Origin: the human T2T-CHM13v2.0 reference genome, Homo sapiens
Reading direction: 5' to 3' (one strand)
Length of the DNA: 64,000 bases
Assembly: GCF_009914755.1 (NCBI RefSeq)
Contig: NC_060935.1
Shown here: positions 14,255 to 26,228 of the stretch, piece after piece
Numbering within the stretch: the stretch's first letter is position 1
Layout: the number at the start of each line of letters is the position of its first letter
Notes under the pieces: generated by a model
The model's database searches: none
What the model saw: only the letters and a program-made list of their open reading frames with translations
What the model was told of the DNA's origin: nothing
Translations under genes and position numbers: made by a program

Positions 14255-15000
14255 AATTTCATTCTTGAAAAGAAGAGTCAGTCCCTTTTTTTCTTACAGA
14301 TGTTGTCCTAACTCTACACCTGGAACTGCTGCAACCACCTTGCTTCCAGTGTGAGAATGAAGACAGTGCTAAGGATGGTAAAAAAGAGAGATAACAAGAG
14401 CCTAATCCTTGAGGACATCCTTGAATCACAGCGTCAACCAACTCTGTCATCTGTCCTACCTCTGGACATCCTGGTATGAGATTAGTGTGTTTCCTAATTG
14501 CTTAGGCAAATTTGAGTTGAGCTTTCTGATTACGGCAGGACAGATCATCCTAACACAAAGGTCTCAAAGAGAAAAACAAGAGCATGGTGGACACTACTAT
14601 AAATGATCTGATGTCTATTCTCCCTTTCTACCTTACTAATATTACTCTTCATTTTGTTTAAAGTAGGTCAGTTATAGATACACAGTCATTTTAGACAATA
14701 AAATATATATGGATGACCATTCTTCAGCCTCATGAGACGCTATTGTCTTATTAAAATAATTTAAAAAGGAAAAGTGTCTCTCAGTGCCCTTTGTCCTTTG
14801 CCGTTTCTCTCTCTGGGCCTGATATGTAGATTAAATGCTCATACATAGTGCATTCAATGTGCTCAGGGTGGCAGAGCTATAAACCAGAAGGAATCTGAAT
14901 TCTTGATGCCATCCCTGACCAGTTATGCTCTTCCTAAAAGCTCTCCTTCCAGACTTTCTTCGCAAATGAGGAAAAGAAACTCCTGCTTAGATAAGCCCCT

Positions 15001-15352
15001 TGATATGGTTTGGCTGTATCCCCACTCAAATTTCATTTTGAATTGTAGTTCCCACAATTCCCACATGTTATGGAAGGGACCTGGTGGGAGGTAACTGAAT
15101 CATGGGGATGGGTCTTTTCCATGCTATTCTCGTGATAGTGAATAAGTCTCACAAGATCTGATGGTTTTTTAAAGGGGAATTTCCTTACACAAATTATCTT
15201 GTCTGTCACCATGTGAGACGTGCCTTTCACCTTCCGCCATGATGGTGAGGCCTCCCTAGCCACGTGGAACTGAGTTCATTAAACCTCTTTCTTTTGTAAT
15301 TTGCCAAGTCTCATGTATGTCTTTATCAGCAGTGTGAAAACGGACTAATACA
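15001..15352 (+). mobile_element. THE1 (MaLR) solo LTR
   Basis: TGATATGGTTTGGCTGT..GGACTAATACA; 5-bp TSD CCCCT/CCCTT. Confidence 0.92.
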
Positions 15353-15669
15353 CCCTTATAGATGAATTTCACTTATGCAGCCAATGTAACCAGTTATTTA
15401 TCAGCAAATAATCAAAAAAAGAAAGACTAGGAAGGAGTACACTGAATAAAAATGGGGGTTCTGGAAACAGACCACCTAGTTCTGAAAAATTGAACCTGCC
15501 TTTTTGAGCAGTAGGAGGTTAGATCAGCTACTTAATTTCTCTAGGCCTTGGTTTTCTAATTCATAAAATTAGCATAATAATAAAAAGAAATTTACTACAA
15601 AAATATGTTAAGAGGGTTTAATGAGACAATCCACATGGGAAAAAAATGAACCTGTAACTCAACACATTA

Positions 15670-16130
15670 CTTCATTCAAGAAATATTGAATGCATCACTA
15701 CATCCTGTTCTAGGTACAAGGACTAGAACAGCAGACAAAATAAACAAAAATCCCACCCCAATGGAGCATACATTCTACTGAGGGAAAACAGATAATAAAC
15801 AACAGAAGAAAGAAAAATATGCAGCATGTTAGGTAGAGATAAGAGCTATTAAAATTAATAGGTCATGGGGAAGAGAAGAAAGAGTAGATGGGGGTGAGAC
15901 TGGTAATTTTAAATTGAGTGGGTGATTTTAAAATGATCCTTGTAAGAGCCTGAAGGAGATAAAGGAGGGAGTCACATGAACTCCATTGTGAACCCCGTGC
16001 ATGTGAAATGGGAGAAAGGTATTTTAGGCAAAGAGAAAAACCAGTGCAAAAACCTCAAGCCAGGGCATTCCTGGTGGGTTCTAATAAGAGCAAGGGAAAT
16101 GATGTGTCAGGAGCAGAGCAAGCAGCAGGT
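15670..16130 (-). mobile_element. L2 LINE 3' fragment
   Basis: TTCATTCAAGAAATATTGAATGC..ATGGAGCATACATTCTA..CAGATAATAAAC. Confidence 0.7.
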
Positions 16131-16326
16131 ATTTTGACAATTTGTTTGAAATAATTTATTCACGCTCAGAAGCTAGTCTAGAGGCTTCAGATTCCAAACC
16201 CTTTCCATGCCATCAGAATACAAAAAGAATAGGAAACTAATGAAAATACCAACGTGAAAACTCACTCATTTTCCATTTCTCTCCACAGCCACTATAGGAT
16301 ACTGGTGTAATGCCAAATGATTGGCT

Positions 16327-16510
16327 CTGTCTTGGTCAGCTCAGGATGCCATCACAACAACAGAAATATAGATTTCACAGTCCTGAGGCTGGGAAATTGA
16401 AGGTCAGGGTGCCAGCTGATTCAGTTTCTGGTGAGGGCTTTCTTCCTGGCTTGTGGGCAGCCATATTTCCTCTATGTCTTCACATGGCCTTTCCTTGGCG
16501 TGCACACATG

Positions 16511-16559
<49 letters not shown>

Positions 16560-16700
16560 CCAGTCTTATGAGATTAAGACTCCACCCTTATGCCTTATTT
16601 CACCTTAATTATCTCCTAAAAGCGCTATCTCCAAAAACAGTCACACTGGGGGTCAGGGCTTCAACATACGAATTTGGTGGGGACACAATTCACTTCATCG
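16327..16700 (-). mobile_element. MLT1 (MaLR) LTR containing (CT)n
   Basis: AAGGTCAGGGTGCCAGC..TCTGGTGAGGGC and GGGCTTCAACATACGAATTTGG..GACACAATTCA; (CT)n at 16514-16552. Confidence 0.8.
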
Positions 16701-17146
16701 TAGGCGATCCTAAATTTTCTCTTGAATTGAATCACCCATCCCTCCAATTGACCAAAATAAGCAGATGTTTAGATATACATATATCCAACTCTGAAACTTT
16801 TAGCCCAAAGTTTATTGCCAAGTGGATCCTCCATACACCTGAGTTCCACAGAAATTAGGGAAATTTTTCGGGGACAAAATATGGCAGGACTAATAGAGGA
16901 GAACAGTGATAGCCAGCATTGCAGAATTAGTTGTGAGCCCACTCTTGTGGCTGTAGGAAAAGGGGTTCTGTCCTCCTAAACAATATGACTCCTTAGATAG
17001 GCCTTGTAAGAGAATTGCTCATTGTTCTGGGTTTAAAGGAAGAAGCTGCCTCTAGCTACATAGTAGGAGCTCTAACATAGGAAATAATTATACTGATAAG
17101 CTACTATGTTAATACAACTTCCATTGAAGCTATTTTGAAAGAGACT

Positions 17147-17385
17147 ATGGCACAGTGGTTGAGAACATGGAACAAAACTGCCTAAGTTGAAAATCCAGAT
17201 CCACTACTCACTAGTGAGCAAGTCACCTCACCTGTCTGGGTCTTAGCTTCCAGTTACTAGAGTAATAATAGTACATCTAAATCATGGAGGTGTTATGAAG
17301 ATTAAATGGCATTAATAAATACAAGGCATTTAGAACCATGCCTGGCATATAGTAACTACTCAGTTAATGTTGGCTGGTAGTAATA
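17147..17385. mobile_element. MIR SINE
   Basis: GGCACAGTGGTTGAGAACATGG..GAAGATTAAATG..TGCCTGGCATATAGTAA. Confidence 0.75.
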
Positions 17386-17488
17386 ATTTACTAGGACAAG
17401 ACAATTATTATTTAAGTATAGAATCCGTCATATGTTTTGGTCTGCTGCTATAGAGCCAAACATGTTAGGGGTTACTTCTGTCACACAA

Positions 17489-18348
17489 TGTACTAGGCAG
17501 AATAATGGCCCCCAAAGATGTCCATGTCATAATTCTCGGAACCTGTGAAAATGTTACCTTATGTGGCAAAAATGATTTTGAGATATGATTATTCTGTATT
17601 ATGTGAGTGGATCCAATCTATTTATATGAGTTCTTAAAATTAGTGTATTAGTCCATTTTCACACTGCTATAAAGACTACCTGAGACTGGGTAATTTATAA
17701 AGAAAAAAGATATAATTGACTCACAGTTCCACATGGCTGAGGAGGTATCAGGAAACTTACAATCATGGCAGAAGGCAAAGGAGAAGCAAGCACCTTCTTC
17801 ACAAGGCAGCAGGAGAGAGAGAGAGAAGGGGGAACTGCCACACTTTTAAACCATCAGATCTCATGAGGACTCATTCTCTATCATGAGAACAGCATGAGGG
17901 AAACCAGCCCCATGATCCAATCACCTCACGCCAAGTCCCTCCCTGGACACATAGGGATTGCAATTCAAGACGAGATTTGGGTGGGGACACAGAGCTGAAC
18001 CATATAAGGTAGAGAACCCTTTCTCTGGCTATAATCAGAGAAAGATAGAACAGTGAAGATGAGTCAGATAAATGCAATGTGAGGACTCAATTAACCATTG
18101 GTGACTGTGAAGACACAGGAAGAAAGCAAACAGCAAAGGAATGTGAGCAGCCTATAGAAGCTGGGAAAAATGAGGAAACAGACTTTTTCCTTAGGGTCTA
18201 CAGAAACTGAGGCAGCCATGCCAACACCTTGATCTTAGCCCAGTAATATCTATAGCAAACTTCTGACTATAGTAAGATAATGAAGTTGTACTGTTTTAAG
18301 CCACTAATTTTGTGGTAATTTGTTATGCAGTGACAGAAAACTCATACA
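17489..18348 (+). mobile_element. MLT1D-like LTR split by an MST LTR
   Basis: GGCAGAATAATGGCCCCCAAAGATGTCC start; TTTTAAGCCACTAA..GGTAATTTGTTA..GAAAACTCATACA end. Confidence 0.82.
17644..18007 (-). mobile_element. MSTA/MSTB (MaLR) solo LTR nested in MLT1
   Basis: TGTATTAGTCCATTTTCACACTGCTATAAAGA..GAGATTTGGGTGGGGACACAGAG. Confidence 0.9.
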
Positions 18349-19652
18349 CGTTATAAATTAATTCATTTTAATATGGGCTTTAGTCATACATAGATAATGG
18401 AGAAAGAATACTGCAATCACACTACAACCTACTGTCAAATACAGTTAAGTGGAAAGCCTCCGGAACTAGAAGTGGATGAGACAATCAGAATCCATTGCAA
18501 ATTCGTCCAACTATGAAACATATCTCAGAACTTGATTTTGAGCCAACTGGCTAAACTAACACAAAATTTCTGGCTCGTGTAATATAGAGTTTCAAGAAAG
18601 GGAAGCCTTCAAAATTGTTGGCTCCATGGTTTATCAATGTTGGCAGTGGCCCTGTTCTTCAGTCTCTTTGCTCTACCTTTTGCACTCAGTCTCAGTTCAA
18701 GGTTGGCTTTCTTTGTGGTGGAAAAGTGGCGGTTTCATATCCTCACAACACAATAACCAGAAAGAGAGAACCCTGGCCTCTGGCAGATCCTTCAGATCTG
18801 CTCTCACCTCTTATTGGCTCATTCTGTGTTACAAATCCATTCCTAAATCAACTGCTTTAGGCAAAGTAATGCTATGTGCCTACTGGCATAGATTGAACTA
18901 GCTGAACCAGTCACTACATGAAGGGAGATGGGATTATCTTGATCAGATTAAAACTATCAGGTCTTATTTGTGGAACAGAAAGGCCGTGTCTGTCCTTTCC
19001 AAATTATATTGATGCTACGCAACGAGAAGAGGTAGAAGGGGTGTTGGAAAGATACTAGCCCAAAATTTATCCAGCCTTGAAGTTACTACTAGGATTTGCA
19101 AGGCATGAGGCCTAATGTGATAGAAAAGGAGGAACATAGAGTCATAGCTAAGGTAACAGGTAAGGTTCAAGGGAAGTAAACAGAAAATAAGAGAAGATGC
19201 ACAAGATGAGAAATTGAAGGAACAATAATAAAATGCTTTGGACAATCTTAGCAACACCCTCCTAGTGTTTTTGAAACTTGAGTAGTGAGGAGGCCACATT
19301 TAATCTAAAGAATAAAACTTAGATAATTAAAAGACCGTATATAAAGTGATTAAAAGTATAGGCTCTAGACTCTGAAAACGTGTGTCCAAATCTCATCTCT
19401 AGTTTCTACTGGTCCTTGGGCAAATTAACCCCTCTACATCTTCATTTCTTCATTGGAGGCGAATAGTGATCCCAACTTCTTGGGGTAATTTCTGCGGACT
19501 AAATGAGTTAACATATCTAAAACCATTGGAACAGTATTAGGCTCAGTATAAGAACTATCTACATAGCTAAATAAAACAATGTTATTTGAATGCATACAAC
19601 ATATACTAGGTGAAATATTGTATGTTTGTATCTCTTATAAATCTTTAAAATC

Positions 19653-19746
19653 AAGACCCACCCAGGTAATAAATAGAGAAGGTGGGTTGACAACCCAGGC
19701 TGCCTGGTGCCCACTACTCCACGCTGCTGCTGCTTGAGCAACCAAG
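19653..19746 (+). repeat. Dispersed direct repeat, copy A (partner 21422-21526)
   Basis: Shared CACCCAGGTAATAAATAGAGAAGGTGGG..CCTGGTGCCCACT..GCTGCTGCTTGAGCAACCAAG. Confidence 0.92.
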
Positions 19747-20429
19747 ATATAGCTACACATTAAATTTAAATTACAAACCAACAAATTCAAGTTATCAACA
19801 TCAATTTAATGTGATGGGTAATGTGCTTTTTAATAAACAAAACCAGTGCTCACAAAAGCAGCTCGGATTGTTCCAGAGTTAGTTATTTTGACTCTAGCAG
19901 CTTTTCCTAAACTTTATATATCATGTAATTGTTTATTCCTCGTGCCACTTTTTTATTCGACCCCCTGCACAGACTGTCATTATAAAGTAGTCACATGTAT
20001 GATGTTTACCTCTGTTCTTTATCAACATAACTTGATAATCTTAAAAAGTGGTCTTTAATGTCAGCACAAAAATGCAAATGGGGATTCTCAAAGGGTTATA
20101 AAATTGGTCTAGAATATGCCTATATGCTCTTTTTGGATTACCAAGTTAAAAGACACAAAATTAAACAACTCTTAAAAAGAAGCCATGGGCCCCTGAGAAT
20201 GCATCTTCATCTCTCAGTTTGAGAAATACAGCTCTATCCTAGCGTCTACCTTCTACTTCCCTTTCTTGCTCTACAGGTAATTTGTTTCTCTTCCTGCAAA
20301 CCCTGCTCACTCCTCCTTTCTGCCCTTGGCCTCCCACTTACTTATCCCCAAGGAGGGTTAATGATGGGATCTGTAAAGGCTAAGGATATTCAATAGACCC
20401 CTGACCTGGGGTCAGGCTCTCTCTCTTAA

Positions 20430-20432
<3 letters not shown>

Positions 20433-20468
<36 letters not shown>
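20433..20468 (+). repeat. (TG)n microsatellite
   Basis: Direct reading. Confidence 0.95.
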
Positions 20469-21421
20469 TTATAATATTATTTATCATTCACAACATTTAA
20501 AAAGTTATTTAGGCCAAAGCCATCCTCCTACTCTTCCCTAGCTCACCACCACCCCTAAAGACCTTGAATGAATGGCCCACACTAATTCTGCTCTAGGCAG
20601 AGAGACAAAATTCTTCCTTCATTGACATGATCTTCCTTTAAGTAGCTTTCTCCAGGAAGGACTGCTTCCTTCACAGAAGGGGTAATGAGTGAGGACCCAG
20701 GAAAAGCCTATCTCTAGCCAAAATGAAAGAAACTTCCTTATGATCCAACATCAGGAGACTACATGGAATATGGAACAAAAGCATCAAACATTGCCAGAAA
20801 AAATGTGCATTTATTGGACTTTGATCTTTGCTGAGCACCTCCCCAGGACATGACTAAGGCAGGACAGGACTCAGATGTCCAAGAACCTTGACCCCTCCGT
20901 AACTACCATGAAAATATATTCTTTTAGAAACCTCAGGAACACAGGGAATATAGCTTTTGTAAAGCTGCCCTTGAGCTCTACTTTTAGCTGCTTATTCTCC
21001 AAGTGAGCCACGTCTCTATCACACACAAACAACCTGGTGGCTCTTCTGTGGCGCCTGTCCCACGTAGAGCTCACTCAGTAACCCTGCGGCTAGGGCAGCT
21101 CAAACAAAATCGGCTCTTGCAGTCAGAGTGAAACAAGTGAGGCATCTGACAGGGAACAGAAACAAAATAGACGAACTGTCACAGAGGCGTCACTCATACC
21201 ATTTTCTCCCTTCTATGAGTTTATGCCCTCTCACTACTAATAATGATTAACATGAATTAACCACCTAGTCTCTAGCAGGCTTTCTTCTCAACCTTTTATG
21301 TTTAATTTCCACCAAAAGCCTACAAGATTTTTTTATTATTATTACAAGGTGTTTTTATTATCCCCACTTTGGGGTGGGGGCTGGGAAGAAATTAGGCACA
21401 AAAGGGTTAAGTAATAGACCG

Positions 21422-21526
21422 AAGACCACCCAGGTAATAAATAGAGAAGGTGGGATGAAAACCCAGACTTCCTGGTGCCCACTTCTCCATGCTGCTGCTA
21501 CTACGGCTGCTGCTTGAGCAACCAAG
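21422..21526 (+). repeat. Dispersed direct repeat, copy B, embedded in a MIR-like remnant
   Basis: Matches 19653-19746 with an extra 12 nt in the GCT/ACT triplet run. Confidence 0.92.
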
Positions 21527-21612
21527 CATTCCAGGGATATTTTGTCCTTGTGCTTCACACTTCATTCATTGCCAAGCAAAAGGGAGGAAAACTCACCCTG
21601 ACAGAAGGGAAC

Positions 21613-21971
21613 TACTATGGTCTGAATATCTGTGTCCCCCCAAAATTCATATTTTGAAATCTAATCATCAGTGTGATGGTGTTAGGAAATAAGGTCTTTG
21701 GAGGGCTATTAGGCTGTGGGGAAAGAGCCCTCATGAATGGGATTAGTGCCCGTATAAAAGAGGCCCAAGAAAGACCCTTCATTCTCCCACCTGTGAGGAC
21801 ACAGTGTGAAGAAGCCACCTATGGCTCTAAGAAGCAAGCCCTGACCAGACACTCAATTGGCCTAGATCTTGGATTTCCCAGCCTTGAGAACTGTGAGAAA
21901 TAACTTTCTGATGTTTATAAACCACCTGGTCTGTGATATTTCGTTATAGCAGCCAGAACAGACTAATATCA
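21613..21971 (+). mobile_element. MLT1A-like (MaLR) solo LTR
   Basis: CTATGGTCTGAAT..CCCCCCAAAATTCATA..GCCCTCATGAATGGGATTAGTGCC..GTTATAGCAGCC..GACTAA. Confidence 0.85.
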
Positions 21972-23397
21972 GAAATGGTAAGAAAAGAAAAAATGGAGAG
22001 AGGAAGACAGGGAGAGAGAGGAGTCTGTATTTTCAGTCATTTTTCTGAAGCAAAGCCATGTTTTCAGAGAAAATAAAAGCTCCTTCTGTTGTAGATTTGA
22101 ATTCTTGTCATGCTAATAAATGGGCCATCAAAGCAGCTGGCTGCACTCTTATCACTGCCATGGGAGTTATTTACGCTAATCCTTTCCCCTGTAGCCTGGC
22201 TGGACAATGATGAAAATCCCCAGCATCGGGTATTAAAAGAGACAGAGGAAGCACACAAGCCAATTTACGGGGTTTCACTTGACCAGTTTTCTTCATTTGA
22301 GTCCTATTAGCTCTGATAATGTATCCTCTATTAATCAGCCGGGGAGAGCAAGGTAACATCCTCGTGTGTGAATGTGGGTGGGCACACATCAGCCTTCAGT
22401 GCCTCTGGAAGTCCCAGCTTTCCAGCAAAAAGCCAAGAAAAAGCAAGAGAATATCTAAATGATCCTTGCAGGTCTTGTGAAGCATTTAAGGGCCCAAGTC
22501 AGTGCATACTCTAAGGAAACTATCAGGAAAGTACAATGCAGTGGAAGCTCTCTGTGGCTCTGTCACTTTCTTGCTGCTCTTTAAGCAAAGCATTTAACAT
22601 CTCCAAGCCTCAGTTTCCTCAACTTCAAAATAGGAGAACTTATACTCTCCAAAGGAGTTGTAAGAATCAATGAGATATGGATATGATGGTCTTAGTGATG
22701 TGCCTGTCACAGAGAAAGCACTTAACAATAATAATAACAACCTATTGTTTCTAACTCCCTGCTTCCTAAACAGTCCTATTCCATTTTAAGATGAAGCTTC
22801 AAAGGAACAGCAATACGGAAGCATCTGAAGCCCTTCTCTTGACTTTTCACCTCAAGCTCAGTAGTTCTCTTTAGCTGCTCAAAGTTCTCTTCTCCTGATT
22901 CCCTCTTTTCATAAAAATTTATGTCTCCTGAGATGAGAGTGAGAGTGGCCCATCCCATAAGCAAAAAACTAGGCCAGTGATGTGTCTTTCCAAAAATTCA
23001 ACAATGTTTTCTTCTCTTTCATATTTGTGACCTTGAATGTCATCTCTCAGCCTTCTATCTCCCGACCCTCGCCCCAAGCTTCCTCCAGTCCAGGATAATA
23101 GAAAAGCACAACCTGGCTATATCAGAACAGACTCATTTACTTTCCATCCCAAGGAGCTCATATTCTTGTTGGAGGCTTCCCATTTACCACTTCAGGGATG
23201 AACCAAGAGCCCTTGAAATGGAAAATTTGCTGGCTCTGAAACAGGGTTGTTCAATTAGTCATGCCAGGATCTCGAGGGGGAGAGCCAGAACAAGCAGAAG
23301 ATTCAGAGAGAGAAGGAGCAAGCAGGAGTGGTAGAGTCAGAGAGGAAGGGAGGCTTCATCAAGGAAAAAACATTGCTAACAAACATGCCAATATCAC

Positions 23398-23472
23398 TGA
23401 TATGGTTTGGTTGTGTCCCCACCCAAATCTCATCTTTAATTGTAGCTCCCATAAATCCCATGTGTCATGGGA
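23398..23472 (+). mobile_element. THE1 LTR 5' fragment
   Basis: TGATATGGTTTGGTTGTGTCCCCACCCAAATCTCATC..TGTCATGGGA, then homology stops. Confidence 0.8.
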
Positions 23473-24942
23473 AAACTCATGTGTTCTAAGACTCTCCAAC
23501 TCTCTCTTTTGCATTTTTCATGAATCTAAATCCTAAATGGTTATTTAATAAGCAGAACATATGAAACTGTGCTGGGAAAAAGGGACAAAGGATTAAGATT
23601 ATGTAGAATAGTCCTAAGGAAAACTAGAATGAAAAATACATGGCACAGGAAGGTGTATTTAGTTTACTGAAATATGTAGAAGCCTGAAGAATCCAGAGTT
23701 CTCCATCACAGATATTTCCAAACATAAGCTGGAGAACCACTTATTCAGATGGAAGTGTTCAGCAGATAGTTGGGTAAACTGATTCAATGTTCAGGAGATA
23801 AAAGTCTGAGCTCTTAACCGGACATAGCATCGTGAAGCCACCTAACAAAGGATCTATCCAAGGATAAGTCACCTCAGAAAAGTACATAGAGTTAGATACA
23901 AAGGCAGAGGATCAAACACTATAAATGCTAATATTTAAGGGCCAAGTGGAAAAAGAAGTGAAGGGAACAGAAAGAAGATGTTTCAATGAAAAGAATTAAA
24001 AACTACTTAGTATTTATGGTCTTTGACCTTCAGATAATTCATTTATTCACTCATTCAATCAATCTTTATATTGTGCTTACTATGAGCCAGGCATTGTGCT
24101 ATGTGGGAACACAATGAAAAACAAGACAACCCAGGCTCTACCTGCATGGAGGTTACTTTCTAGGAAATAATTCAGAGAGAAACATGTAATTAAATACATT
24201 TGTTAAGAGATCTTTCGAAGAATTATAGAGATAAAAGACAGAAACCAGATTTAAAGACATACAACAAGCTTAGCTATTAGGAAAGAAGAGAGACCAGAAA
24301 ATAGAAGGGATATAGGTTTAAAGTTCTGGAAAGAGTGTAAGCATCACAAGGCAGTGGGGGACTTCCAAGCTTGAGATTCAATTATTCTCTTGTCAATTCC
24401 TGGGCTTCTCCAAATCTAGCCAATAGCACAAGTCATGTCTACACTAACTATGGTGGAAGCAGCTGCCTGAGCAGATTGACTGTCCCTTTGTGTCTTCAGA
24501 GACCATCAGCCCAGGCTGTCTCCCTACGGTTCCCGCACAGCATATGTTCTCTTCTGCAGGGTGAGAATATCTGCATTAGCCTAAGTACATATAGCAGGCC
24601 ATTTAATTAATGCTCAATACACTTCCCGCATTAGCAAATATCACTGTGTTCCCTATGAAACTCTAAGGTATCTGATAGACTTGTGTCTCCCTGAAGATCC
24701 TGCTTGTTTATCTCCTAGTCAAAAGGCACAAGTCACATAATCTTAACTTTGCCAAAAGACACAGTAAGCCCTAACCTCAAATACTCTTACAGTCTTCAAC
24801 CTCTCCGTTTGTTGATGGGGTTGACTCTAGGAGTTAAATAATCTAATTCCTGCTTCTCTGCCCTATTGTCTTTATGACTTTCAAATACTAGGATAGGATT
24901 TTTGGAGGCACACTCAGAGGGACTGAAATGTAAATGCCAGTT

Positions 24943-24948
24943 TAAAAA

Positions 24949-24998
<50 letters not shown>
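24943..24998 (+). repeat. (A)n(TA)n microsatellite
   Basis: Direct reading. Confidence 0.95.
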
Positions 24999-25001
<3 letters not shown>

Positions 25002-25930
25002 CAAAATGAAAGAAAATGTAGTGTCATTGCTTTAGTTGGTTGTCCTTAGGCTCTGCATTATGATTTGAGTTTAACAGTTTTCTACACTACTCTCATACAT
25101 GCAATCCTAAGGCAAGACCCTCTTACGTTGCAACACACAGGGAGTTCATTTTTAGCCTGACTTTAAGTCTTATTTCTTACATCTTACTTGCCAAAATGTA
25201 CCCCATTCTACATCCCTTTAATTCAGTAATCCATTTCCCAGATATCTTTGTAATGCTATATTTCTTCAGTTCGGCAACCCAGCTATGGAAGACTGCTGGA
25301 CCCCATTGTGCCACGATGCACAGTTCAGTTATGCAATTTAAGTTCTATGGCAACCGAAGAATACTTGAGTGCTCAAAACTGAGAAAGAATTTTTCAAAAC
25401 AGAAGCAGTTTACTGGATAAAAGGCAAAGACAAATGACAGAGGAAAATTTGTGATCTTTCCTCAATACAAAAGAAACTATATTTACCTACACAACCACCA
25501 AAGCATCTAAAAGGATCCATTCAGTTAGCCGAAGGTAGGTGACCATACGTCTTCATTTTCCCAAGATAATGCTAGTTAACACCGGTTGTTCAATTATCTC
25601 GGTGCTCCAATTTAGCATCCCCTTTCACTCGCAAATGTCTTCTAATTTGAACAATAAATTACTTGGTCATCTCAGACAAAAAGTATCAAAAATCTTCCAG
25701 CCAGCTAAATGCTTGAAATTGTTCTCGAACTTTTTAACTAGCTTTAAAATCATATAACTATTGTTGTGAAGGAACAGTTCTCCAGAACGTGAGTTAATGG
25801 AAGCCAGCACTTCTAAGAAAGAAATGTGAAAATTTCAAGTATCAATAGTGCATTCAGAGACAAACAAGTATAAAGAAGGCAACTGCCTTTTAATGCTAGG
25901 ACTGGGAAACATTAGAAATAAGAGCTGAGA

Positions 25931-26228
<298 letters not shown>

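Noticed and set aside
16310-16858. 182-aa ORF, the longest outside the provirus
   Set aside because: Lies across an MLT1 LTR and a (CT)n run; no recognisable domain
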